A stretch of 64,000 bases of DNA from Podospora anserina. Taxonomy: Eukaryota. A model generated the notes under the pieces. It was not told the origin of the DNA. It was given only the letters and a program-made list of their open reading frames with translations, and did not search any database. Of the stretch, positions 1 to 11,500 are shown one piece after another. The position numbers and the translations under genes were made by a program. The DNA lies in assembly GCA_017654855.1 (NCBI GenBank), contig CM030338.1, positions 3,100,001 through 3,164,000 of the forward strand, read 5' to 3'. Position 1 is the first letter of the stretch. The number at the start of each line of letters is the position of its first letter.

Positions 1-276
1 GAAGACGACGATGAGGACTACACCCAGCTCGCCCTCCAGAGAACATCTTCTCACTCTGCACCATCCTCCCCACCCGAGCTCCTCGACGATTCCGACTCCA
101 CCACCGACGACGAGTCGTCCATGCCACCATCACCACCAACCACTACGCTACCCGCTTTTGACGACAAGAAGAGCACAACGATACAAAGTGCGACGGGGCA
201 CGGGGTCAAGGACGCCTTTTATGAGGAAGGGTTCTATCTCCCGCCAAGAAACCCGGCGAGGATATCGATCTATTAG
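1..276 (+). CDS. 3' end of an acidic Ser/Pro-rich fungal protein, ECM13-like (partial, runs off window start)
   Basis: Frame 1 is open from base 1 to TAG 274-276: EDDDEDYTQLALQRTSSHSAPSSPPELLDDSDSTTDDESSMPPSPP...FYEEGFYLPPRNPARISIY*. It is followed by AT-rich 3'UTR-like sequence. The family call is from recollection of fungal ECM13-like C-termini. Confidence 0.55.
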   Translation, partial: EDDDEDYTQLALQRTSSHSAPSSPPELLDDSDSTTDDESSMPPSPPTTTLPAFDDKKSTTIQSATGHGVKDAFYEEGFYLPPRNPARISIY

Positions 277-3200
277 CCGCCATCTTTTCCTCTCTTGTCA
301 TCATTTGCATTGGGTAGGCGTTTTTTTTTTGGAGGGGAGGGTTCGAGGAGAGACAACAGCTCACTCTACACTTTGATACCACCGGTTTCTTTTGTTTCTT
401 TTCTTGGGTCATTATCACACAGCGAGTGAGGATGAAAATACACAGCGGCATCATTTCTTATATCATCAATTGGCGGAGGGGGAATATATATGGAAAGGAA
501 TAAGGAAAGCATGATGCAATGGGAGGAAAGCGGGATGAAATCAATGGGGAAGGAAACAAAACCACACTCATATTATTACTTATTTACTATTCACAAGAGT
601 ACTTGCTTCGCTCCCTGAGGGTTGAGTGTGCAAGCTCTATTCAATACCAAAAATAATCCACAACATTTTACAATTGGCTGTTTGCAATCGTGAATTGAAT
701 GTGTGTCTCAATTGAGCATGTGTTTCTGGCATACGGTGCCAATGGTAGGGAAGTCCTAACCGAGGATTCGGCATTTTTGGGCAAGTTTTTTTTTGGGTAC
801 GAATACTGTGTCTCCAAGACCTCGGCTCTTCGCCTTTTTGGAGAACCACGGGATGTGAGGCTTCAGAGTTAAAGTTCTACACAAGACATGAAGCATGGAA
901 CTTTGATATAACAAAAGACATATTTTCTTTTTGGGATTAGCACAATGATTTGAAAGAGTTAGTTTGTAGTGCGCGCGCCGTTTTATTTTTTGGACAGTTC
1001 GGAGGAAGGGTTTGGGATTTGGAAACTTTGAAACTTTGGGACCTGGAATTTGGGGGTGGTTTGAATGGAAGTGTTAGGTGCACGCCGGAGTGGGGGGAGG
1101 GGGTGGGGTGAAGCCTTGTAGAACTCTTGGGCGGGATTCAGGACTTTGACGTTGACATCAATTTCCAATCGATGTCTTGGCTTGGGTGAGGATTTGTAAA
1201 TGCGATCTCTATAGCGAAAAAAACTTCTACCAGTTGGGTAGAATGATTTCGAAGCCAACGGTAATATGGGGAGGGGGTGCTCGTGCTCGCTTCGGTCGGA
1301 TTGACATAAACAGCAGTGATGAAAAGTCTCTTACGTGGACGCTGGGCTTTGTTTTCCTTTTTTTTCCTTTGGTGTTGGTAGTGAGTGGTGCTGTAAGAAT
1401 ACGATACAGCCAGCTACCAGACGCGGTCGGCCACCGAACTGGTGGTGGATCTGACTGACAAGATGGGACTTTTGCACAGCTGGGCGGGCGAGCGGGTCAG
1501 CTTCACAGCCTCTTCTTGTTGCAAACGTCCAATATCATCCGTCAGGCAGCTACTTTTGCACGTTTGCTTCAACCGCCTCACAACATTCCCCGCAAAACTA
1601 AAGTTTCAGACAGAGGGAAAAGTATTGTGTGCGTTGTCAAATTTTACATAGCTTGTTGACAATTGGTGAAAACCTATGACGATAGCGGTGAGTGACTGGG
1701 AGTTAAGAAACCGGGATGCTCCCCGGAGCGGGGGTGAGAGGAGTTCTCTACACGATGGGGTTCCTGCACGACGATGTGGATGAAAGCAAAAAAAAAAACG
1801 TGAATGAGGTGGAGCTGAGATACGGGATGTGGGAAGAAGTGGTTCGGGCTTCCGAGCTTGTCTGCGATGATTTTTCGGGCGGCACTCGGGATTGATGTCC
1901 GCGGGTCGCGGCGGCCGGGACGCCCTTTCAAAGGGTCGGGTCTTGTTTCCGTTGTCAGATTGGGAGGGTGATGTGTTTCATACCCTATATAAATACAAAC
2001 GGATTGCGGCTGATGGGGATCATGATACGGGGGGAGATATCCGGGTCTTTGTTTTGGTGTTTTGATAATGTCGCAGCTTGGCAGCGGTTCCGATTAGGGA
2101 AATCACCAACATATGTCAGTGTCAGTCTGATGAGAGCTGAACAGCAACTACCGAGCAAAAAGCAAAAATGTTGAGGCGGTCAAGGTATTAGGTATCGATC
2201 AGTGATCTGATCGCAATGCATCATCATCAATTTGTGATCACACCTCCTGAGGGTTGGTTTGCTTCAGTTTAGATTGAAATGGTGCAAACGCATCGCTTTG
2301 TTGGCTAGGTATGCTCACCGCACTTGCGCACGTATTTGCTGCTGTGTACATATCTCGATACCTTGACAACGACGCTAAATTTCCCAAAGATCGGGAAAAA
2401 GGAAATCAGATCACCCAGAGAGCTGAGTCAGATCTCTTCTTCTTCTTCTTTACGCCGCAGTACGGTATTTCCGTTTTCTGCTCCAGAAACCCCTAATGGC
2501 AGGGGTTAGCGAACATCATCGTAGGGCTGGGACTTGGGGAACGTAATCCGTCCAGTTAGAGCCTCCCGTTTCCAAAAGTTTAATTGTCGAACGGGATTCA
2601 CACTCAACTTGACTGGGGGAGAACGAAAGCCAGCCACAAAAAAGCCACTTTTCCAGAGAGCTGGGTCTGGGATTTTTTGGACCGAAAGGGGGGAATTTCC
2701 GAGTATTGTACTGATTGATTGATGTGTGTACCATGGAGAGGGCTGTGCATACCCTACGCGTGACGACAGCGACACACGACAGGACGGAAACGTTGCTTGT
2801 CTGGGGAAAAGAGTGCAGTGAATGATGGGCACTGCCCTTGTGGACGACAATGGAGGTTTGAAGATGAAGCAAAAGATTAATTGGAGAGTGGTATCACCAC
2901 CTGGTCTGGTCTGGCCTCTATCAACATCAGACCTTCGGGATTGGGACAAGTTAATCGCTCAGTATAACGCAGTATCACACAGCCTGCCTGAGGTTGCAGC
3001 ACCCGGCGGCATATAGCGCAGCCAAAACAAGATCATTTCTCTGTTAAAGATAGAAACCAAAAAATACAATAAATAAAAATGCGGGGGTTTCAATGTTGAA
3101 GATGATGGCGGCCAACACTGGAGGCGGCGTTGGCGGCGGCGGCGGCGTGGTGTCTTTCACTGGTGTTTCGATGCCGCGGCGCCGCGATTCGAAAATCGAC

Positions 3201-5210
3201 CCAAACGAAACCGCAACGACAACCCGCTGCCCCAGACTGCCGGGTTCGGCACCTCTTTTTAGGGTTGCGCGGGTAGGGAACGGCAAGGGAACGGTGCTGT
3301 AGACGGATCGCATCACCGGCCACACTTTCAGGCCTCACCAGTCAGGGTCAGGTGTGAAACGGTTGCAGGTTCTTCTTGTGTTGGAGGCCATCAGTTGACC
3401 GGGTGGAAACAACATTGAAAAGGTATCATCAGCGCAACATGAGCAACCGTGACGACCGTCTACATCGGCCTGTAATTTTCGTATTGAGGGCTTTTGATGT
3501 TGATTGTGCCCGTTGGAACTGGTGATCGTCACAACATCACGGCATGGCCTGAATCCGAGGGTGCAAGACGATCAGTTCGTTATATTCGGTGCCGGGCTCT
3601 TCCCGGCCTGATGCTCATGATCCTGTTCACTGCGGTGCGACTGATGCCCTCCGATCAGTCAATCACAGCTCTATACAGCAGGTAATCTGTATGAATTTAC
3701 AGTTCAACAGAAAAGTTCTTTGCATCTTGATATGAGAATTCCCTCTCAGCCCTACATGATGATTACGTGAGGGATCAGGAGCTCGAGAAACTAGGAACCC
3801 GTCAAGAACTATGGGGAAGGGAGAAAACTGGACGCCTTGTGTGACTGCGCGAGATGTTACGTTCCCTATGCCTCTGGGCAGAGGCAGTGTTCTCCTGCGT
3901 ATGCAGGTGCAAAAAGGCGGGAAGGACCATGATGACCTATGGCATGCGCCCAGGCAGCGAGTTGATATCCAAGGCGGTGAAGGACATCAACATCATGACC
4001 ATGTCTGACACGATGGAGTTCGTGACCGACTGCCCTGTTTGAAGGCTGCAAGGCTCATTTTTATGATTGTCCCAGTTCGTGATGTTTTGGCGATCGGTAA
4101 ACTGTGGGGGGTGAGACAAGGGACACCCCCCTTTCCTTGAGAGGTCTTGATTCTCATCGGTCAGGCTCACACCTCAATTTGTTGGAGATGCGAAGCCACC
4201 GCGGGGTCACCCGGGACATCTGCCGCTCGCTCGCTCCTTGACGATCGGGTACGGGTGCAGCCGGGCAGAGAGGATACGCAGGACAGCAAGGCTCGCGATA
4301 GGAACAAGTCGACAAGTCATGGGGAAATAGCGCGAGGGAATTTTCCCATCAGGTTTTCTTTTCGTCTCTGTCTGCGGCACTTTCGGCGTGAGTCAACTGA
4401 CACCCACCTCCCCGATTCCGTCCGTTGAACGGAGCTTCTTCCGTAACACACACACGGGAAAAGGGTCGTAGTCGATGACATGTGGCTCAGTCATCCACCT
4501 CCCTTTCTTCCACACTTCACCGGGCCATCCCGGAGTTTACTGTCGCCCCTGTTTTGTCAGCTTTGACGGGATATGTTTTGATGAAAAATACTGTACTGCT
4601 GCAGAGTCCTTGAAATTGCTCATCCCTGCATATCGCTTACTGCCCGGAAGGTTTGTCACCGTGGATTTCTCGGCATCAAAGTACAAATGTAATTAGACAT
4701 TCTGAGGGACACACACACGCCCTTTTATTTGAAAACGCCCGATATGTCGTTGACTTGGGCCAGTGTAAGTGTTAGTGTAATAAGCGATCCACAGCGGACT
4801 AAAAAACCCCACCAAAAATCAACGGGATGATCAATCAACAAAGCGGAGCGAACGGAGATATCTCTCGTCCCCCGCAAAAAAGCTGATCCAGTCACTGTCC
4901 ATCAGTCCAGTGGGTGAGGTGTGTCAGATAACGAGCGGAGATTATCGATACACCCGACCGCCCGGAGCCAACCCCGACAACGCCGAGTCTCTTTCTCTCT
5001 CACAAGGCTGATAGCCCGCGCACAGATCACCACCCCTCGGCCTAGACAAGTCCCGCTTTCGCCGATCGGCAAAACTGTCGTTGCCGAACATCGAAAAGTC
5101 TACGTCACTGACGGCCAAATTCCGATCCGACGAGAGCTTCCACGAAACACATTGGTTTTGTGAAATCCTTACAACGGGTGTAATTGTTCTGTTTCATTAC
5201 GATCTCAGAA

Positions 5211-6488
5211 ATGCAGCCTGTCGTAAGAAGGAGGATAGCAATCGCTGCCGGTAGCCTGCCGAGCACCACCACCACCACCACCACCACTGCAAGGGTTTTT
5301 TCATCATCATCCCGGCCAAGTTACTCACCACCACCACTGTCACGACCAAAACAAACACCCCTTTCTCTACCCCGGCAACACCGCCCCTTTTCCACCTCTC
5401 CCCTCCTCCGTCAAGAAGCCACCTCCGAAACAACACCGGTAGACAATGGCCTCCCCCACTCAGGCATCTCCCCCCTCCCCTCCAGATCATTAATCTCCCT
5501 CTCCGGCCCAGACGCCGCCAAGTTCTTAAGAGGAATCATCACCAACGAGCTCCCCACCACCCCCTCAACCCTAACCTACGCCGCGTTTTTGTCTGCTCAA
5601 GGCAGGATCCTAAACGACGTCTTCATCTACCTCGACCCGAGGTTAACCTCCTCACCACCAGATAGCTTCCTCATCGAGGTCTCCACCCTCGAAGCAGCAA
5701 CGCTAGTCAAGCATTTGAAGCGGTATAAACTCCGCTCTAAATGCGCCATCGCCCTTCTCCCGCAGGAAGAGGCGAGCGTGATTGCTGTTTGGGGGAGTCC
5801 GGATTCTATCCCGGCTCAAGGTGAGAGTTTACGCTACTGCCCCGACCCGAGGGTTCCATCCTGGCAAAGGGGTTTAGTTTTGGGGGGTGGGAGTGGATTG
5901 GAAGGGGTTCAGATGCAATCGGAGGAGGTCTACACTCTGTTGCGGTACGCGAATGGTGTGGCGGAGGGGCAGGAGGAGATTGTGAGGGATGGGGGTTTGC
6001 CTCACGAGTCGAATCTGGATTTGTTGGGGGGGGTTGATTTTAGGAAGGGGTGCTATGTTGGGCAGGAGTTGACTATTAGGACGGAGCATAGGGGGGTGGT
6101 GAGGAAGAGAATTTTGCCTGCCATGCTCTATCCTTCCTCTGCGTCCTCCCCACCGACATCACTGCGGTATGAAGAGGGGGATCTTGCGGGGAGGATTCAG
6201 GCGGGGAGTAATGTTACGAGAGTGGGCGCGAGGGGGAGACCAGCGGGGAAGTGGCTTGGGGGAAGGGGGAATTTGGGGTTGGTGTTGGGGAGGTTGGAGA
6301 TGATGACTGATTTGAAGCTGCCGGGGGAGGCGGCGGTGGGGACGGGGATGGGGTTTAAGGAGGGGGATGAGTTTGAGGTTGAGGTTAAGGGGGAGGAAGG
6401 GGAGAAGGTGAGGGTCAAGGCTTTTGTCCCGGGGTGGTTGAGGGAGAAGTTGGATGAGAAGATGGAGAAGAAGGGGAGGAGACATTGA
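5211..6488 (+). CDS. IBA57: Mitochondrial Fe-S cluster assembly factor IBA57/CAF17 (GcvT/YgfZ family)
   Basis: ATG at 5211 (MQPVVRRR..., Arg/Ser-rich presequence). Motifs RSLISLSGPDAAKFLRGIITN, YAAFLSAQGRILND and the YgfZ signature DFRKGCYVGQELTIRT. No introns. Confidence 0.93.
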   Translation: MQPVVRRRIAIAAGSLPSTTTTTTTTARVFSSSSRPSYSPPPLSRPKQTPLSLPRQHRPFSTSPLLRQEATSETTPVDNGLPHSGISPLPSRSLISLSGPDAAKFLRGIITNELPTTPSTLTYAAFLSAQGRILNDVFIYLDPRLTSSPPDSFLIEVSTLEAATLVKHLKRYKLRSKCAIALLPQEEASVIAVWGSPDSIPAQGESLRYCPDPRVPSWQRGLVLGGGSGLEGVQMQSEEVYTLLRYANGVAEGQEEIVRDGGLPHESNLDLLGGVDFRKGCYVGQELTIRTEHRGVVRKRILPAMLYPSSASSPPTSLRYEEGDLAGRIQAGSNVTRVGARGRPAGKWLGGRGNLGLVLGRLEMMTDLKLPGEAAVGTGMGFKEGDEFEVEVKGEEGEKVRVKAFVPGWLREKLDEKMEKKGRRH

Positions 6489-6732
6489 TGATGATGAAAT
6501 GTGTATCTTGATTGTGAGATACTTGCACATGTATAATACTGTACAACAAGTCTTGGGCTTATGGAATTGTGCTGCTGCATGATGCCCTAGCATTATAGTC
6601 TGATGGGTTAGTACAGTGACGCATGATTATAGATAGGCCTAGCTGGGAACTGCGTCAATGCATTGAAGAGAAAGATCTGTTCTGGGTATCATGAGCAAAA
6701 CGTCTAGAAAATCTAACAACGGGGTGCAAAAT

Positions 6733-7638
6733 CTACGAAGCAGCGGCTGCCTTCGCCTCCTCCTCTCTCCTTCTCTTCTCCTCATCCTTCTTCGCCTGTG
6801 CAGCCCTCAGTCTCGCCATAGTAGAAGCAAACTTGTTCCCCGGCTGCCCCGTCGCCCCAGCATCACTATTCGCATCTGTCGCACTTGTCGTTGTCGTCGT
6901 CGTCGTCGTCGCCGCAGCCGAGACCTTGTCACCACGGTCAGCCATATCCTTTTCTTTCCTGATGGTGTCAGAAGGGAGTGATGATGATGTTGCCTGGTCC
7001 TCATTCTTGGTCTCCTCCTTCCTCTTGGCCTTTTTCTTCTCCGCCTTTAACTTCTGCTTCTCGGCCAGTCTCCTCTCTAGCTCGGCAATCTCCCCATCAT
7101 AATCCTTTTCCTCCGCCTTCTCCTCCTGCTTTTGCTGTTGTTGTTCCGCCTCCTCCCTCTCCCTAACAGCCCTCTCCCGCTCCTCGGCCTCCTCCCTCTT
7201 CCGTCTCAACTCCTCCATCTTCCGCCTCCCCCGCGCAGCCATATCCCTAACCTTGTCCCTCCCGCCATCCCCCTCCCCATCCGTCTTCTGCCGTTTCGCC
7301 TCCTCCTCCCTACGCTCCAGCTCCTCAACCAACTGCCTCCTCTTCGCGCCCATCTGCTCCCTCTGTCGTTTCTTTTCAAGAACGGCTTTCATCCCATTGT
7401 TGTAGACTTCTTTGGCCTCAGGGTTGAGGAGGACATCCCTCGTGCGCTCCAGCCGCTCGTACAACGCGGGGTCGTAGTTGTCGCCCGCCTTGTCGGGGTG
7501 CGCGGTTAGGGCTTTTTTGCGAAAGGCGCGGCGGACGTCCTGGTCGGTGGCTGTGGCGTCGAGGGAGAGGAGGGCGTAGAGGTCGTCGGAGCGGGAGGCG
7601 GATTCGCGGGCGAAGAGGAGGAGGTCTTGGTCTGCCAT
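6733..7638 (-). CDS. CWC23: DnaJ-domain pre-mRNA splicing factor Cwc23/Cwf23-like
   Basis: ATG at 7638 (MADQDLL). J-domain DLYALL...VRRAFRKKALTAHPDK, then a charged coiled coil (KRRQLVEELERRE) and C-terminal FASTMARLRAAQ. Confidence 0.8.
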   Translation of the reverse strand: MADQDLLLFARESASRSDDLYALLSLDATATDQDVRRAFRKKALTAHPDKAGDNYDPALYERLERTRDVLLNPEAKEVYNNGMKAVLEKKRQREQMGAKRRQLVEELERREEEAKRQKTDGEGDGGRDKVRDMAARGRRKMEELRRKREEAEERERAVREREEAEQQQQKQEEKAEEKDYDGEIAELERRLAEKQKLKAEKKKAKRKEETKNEDQATSSSLPSDTIRKEKDMADRGDKVSAAATTTTTTTTSATDANSDAGATGQPGNKFASTMARLRAAQAKKDEEKRRREEEAKAAAAS

Positions 7639-7742
7639 TTTTTGTTCTGTTTTGGGGGTTGGATTTGTTGGTGGGGAGAGTTGCAGGGTTGGGAAAGAGA
7701 GAGAGTGGTGTTTTGTGTCGGGTGTGTGTGTGTGTCGTTTCC

Positions 7743-7769
7743 TTTTTTTTTTTTTTTTTTTTTTTTTTT
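7743..7769 (+). repeat. poly(T) tract, 27 nt, upstream of CWC23
   Basis: Uninterrupted T run. Confidence 0.9.
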
Positions 7770-8592
7770 GCGCTGGGGAGAAAATGTGATGCAATGCGAA
7801 TGAATGAATGAGGACGTCGAGGTGCTTTGCGCGCTTGTGTGGTTGGGTCGGTTATATGGGATGTTTTAAATGCGTCACGCTAAGCCTGAATCGGACAACT
7901 GAACGCCTAACACATTGTTCGTGGACAAAAAACTGCCAGTGAGATAACATGTTGATTTATACCTTTTTTGCAACGAAAACAGGCCTCGAAAGATAGTCAA
8001 TAAGGCCTTCAAAGATATTCAAGAGGTCTATCAACTTTCTTTCAAAGTATGGTTTATCTAGGTGTACAAAGCTCAGATGAATCCTACCAGCCTCTGATTA
8101 GAGAGCCGAGTTCGTTCACGCTCGACCGTGGGGAGGTCTCCGTTTGGAAGCGCGAGGGCTATTCCGGGGAGGACCCCTTGCGGTAGACTCTCGTCTGCTT
8201 GTGTGTGGTTTGCATGCTGGGATGATATTTAAATTGATTTGCTTGCGATCAAGACATCAACCAAGTAGGTACAATATCTGGGTCACATCATGTAAAAGCA
8301 AGTAATACAGAATAATGCCACCCTCAAAACACATCTATCATTTACAACGTGAAACTCTTTCAATTCTCCTCCCTATCCCTACAAAGTAAACTCCTCATCC
8401 CTCAAACGCCCCTGTTCAATCCAATTAATAATCCCACATTCCATAATCCCAACAAAACTCCCTATCCCATCAGACATTCATCATCTATCCTTTCCCATGC
8501 CTTGTAGTAATCATATGCTTCAAAACGCCCACTGTTTCAACGCCCCCCAATTCTTAATCATCCAAATACTCTCGACAGTTTACCCAACCAAC

Positions 8593-11500
8593 CTACTCCT
8601 TCCAGACATAAACAGGCACCCCATAAACAACCACTCCCGCCGCAGTCACATATCGGAACCTACACCCCCCTTCCCTCGCCTCCGCTACCGCCTCTACCAA
8701 ACTCCTCTTCTTATCCCCTCTGGCTCTCTTCCCCTTGCCTGTATCCCGCCCCTTGCCATCATCCTCCACCGCGCCCTTGGGCAAGACACCCCAGGTCTCC
8801 AGCATCCGGCCGGCAAACCGATCAATGTCTCTGTCTGTCACATCCCAGAGCGTCCCCACCACCGCTGGGCTGCCAGAGAGCATGTAATTCCACGCTGGAC
8901 CAGAGGGTTCAAACTCTCCAGCTTCTGTCAGGGCCGCACTGGAACAACCCATGAGCAGAACAGCAGCCTTGCACCGATCAAGACGACGAATGGTCCTGCC
9001 ACGGATATACTGCGCTCCAGACCCGTGCCCAAAATACAGCAACAAGTCCTTCTCCGCCAAAAACCTCTCAAACTCAGGCTCCGTCGGAGGTCTCGAAATG
9101 ATGCTCTCAAACGATGAAAGATTCTCCTCGAGTGCCGGCCCAAAAGTCTTTTGCGTAGCCGCCAAATCCCCCGACGGATTCAAAATGTACGCCCCCTTCC
9201 CCTTCCCCTTCCCAAAATCAACATGATGCCCCTCCACATCCAACAACCCCCTCGCCCACCGGCGGCTCGCTCAACCTCTGCTCCAAAATCAACCTCCTCA
9301 AACAAGCCAAACTCGGCATCCGACTAATCGCCAACCCCTGCATGCAAGGCAGCGACTCCCAAGGAAAAACATGCAGCGCCTTATCCAGCAACAAGACCGT
9401 ATGAATCCCCGTCTCCTCCTCCCCCTGCTACTCCTACTCCTCCCCTCATTCACAGCCGAATGATACCCCATCAGCGCATCAAACGTCTCCACCACCATCG
9501 AGTCAAAATCGATCTCGTCGTACGCGTTCCTCTCGCCGTGAAACTGCAAAATGTCCACGACAAAGTACAGCAGATCGGTGAGCTCGTCGTCAAAGTCCGT
9601 GCCCGGCCTCGTCGCATCCCCCAACCCGATAAACAGCTCGAGGATGTTCAGGTCCAGCTGCACCTTTTGACCAGCAGCAGCAGCCTTGGTCTTTTTTCCT
9701 CTCACCTGTCTTCGCGAGGGGAGGTGTTTATCCATCATGGCCAAAAAGCTCTTCTGAAACCTGGCCAACAGATCCGCCCTCCGACAGTGCTGCGAAAAGA
9801 TGCCCCTGAACCCCCCGAGCCAAATCTGCTCGATGTTCTCCAGCAACTCCTTCAGCCTCTCATCCAGCGCCTCTCTCGCATTCCACCACTCCGTTTTCGC
9901 GCCCTTTTGATTCATATCCTTTGCGCTGTGGCAAGTAGCATTAATCTCCTTGATGATATCCAACAACTCAGACCTTCCCTGCTGAAAGTTGAACACGTCG
10001 CTATCCGCATCTCGTGACGTCGCGCGTTCAAGCGGTAACCGGATAACAAACGGGTTCTGCCCAGCCTGAAGCTTGGTGATGCACAAGTCCTGATTCCCCT
10101 CGCTAAGCGCAATCGAGATGACGTTCCAGTTCTTGGGGACAATGTCAATGTAGTCCCTCTGAACCTTGTGCAAGTCCAGCGTGAATCCCAGACTTGATCT
10201 CCGGGAGGTGACAGACTGCAACGCGGGCGGCCACTCGGTGCCGTCATGTCTGGGCGCGTGCTTCTCTTGAATCATCGCCTTTCTCTCCCTTCTCCAGATC
10301 AGATTCCTCGCCAGCTCGACAGAGTAAGATGTTTGAGCAGAGTGAATCGTCGCCTTGGTTCTCGAGGAGGAAGTAGCAGTGAGGAACAACCCAACATGCT
10401 GCAGCATGCCAGAAATCTTGTGGATCAACGCCGAGTCCCCGCTCTTGGACGCGACAGAATGAGCCTCGAGCAGATAATCATGTGCTTCTCTCAGGTTGTC
10501 GACGTAGACACCTTGTGACAGGTCCTTTGCACCCTCGCCCTTGCCAGCAGCCCTCGCACCCTTCTTAGGTGACGTAGCTGCCTTCATGGGCGAGGCTTGC
10601 ACTGAAGAGAGCCTCTCCATGCCCGATAGCGCCGGGAATGAAATGGTGGAATCTTGAATGACGGAAAAGACCGGATCCTGAGCCATCTGCTCCATGCTCA
10701 TACCTAACAAGCACGACGCCATAGCCAGCTGCCGCGTAGGTAACAGGTCAGAAGACTTGACCGTCGTAGCAGAAGCAGCCTCACTCAAAATACTCTGAGC
10801 CCCAGCCCACTCCTTCTGCTTGAGCATCAGCACCGCTTTCTGGACGAGAATGGAAGCCCGAAGTTTCGCAAGTTGCGCATCCTCCACAACTACCACGGGT
10901 TCAGGAGCAGGAGCTGCGGCCTTAACAACCGGCTTCGCCTTCGTAGCAGCCGCCCTCGCCCCAGCAGCCCCCGTCTTCCGAACAGGCTTCTTCACCCCCC
11001 CACCACCAACCACCTTCCTCCCCCCTACCCCTCCCCTCGCTGTCGTCCCCTTGCTCCCCTCCTCAATCTTCAACTTCTTCATCCCCTCCTCCACGTCCTC
11101 CACCCCCTTATCCTTCACCAACCCCTTCACAATCCCCTCCGCCCTCTCCAGCAACCAACCCCCCCCCTTCAAATTCCCCACCCCAACACAAATCTCTGAC
11201 AACCTAACCGCCAACTCGGCCGCCCCAAACCAGTTCCCCCCTCCAGCAACCTCCGTAAACAACCCCGTCGCCTTCCCCAACATCTCCCCCGCCTTCTCAA
11301 TCCCCCCCGACCTCCAAGAAACCTCCCCCATCCACCCCGCCACCGCACAGTTGTAAAACTCGCTGTCTACCTGCTCCGCAATCTTCCCCGCTTGCTCAGC
11401 ATAGTACATCGTCTCCTGAAACAAGCCCAAGTGAGCGTACACGAAAGAGAGTCTCATCGTGTTCCGAAACAAGCCATGAAACATTTTCCAAAAGGCCGGT

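Noticed and set aside
11..376. 121-aa ORF at the window start
   Set aside because: Off-frame shadow; frame 1 (1-276) gives the more protein-like acidic C-terminus.
3028..3045. GATCATTTCT resembling U3 snoRNA box A
   Set aside because: Flanking box A bases and boxes B, C and D were not found in the expected arrangement.
7639..7794. Poly-Lys N-terminal extension of the CWC23 ORF
   Set aside because: It starts at a non-ATG codon and is simply the translated poly(T)/(GT)n promoter tract; the real start is ATG 7638.
8094..8100. CTGATTA before the 8101 stem as a hammerhead ribozyme core
   Set aside because: It is not CUGANGA, and no GAAA follows the stem.
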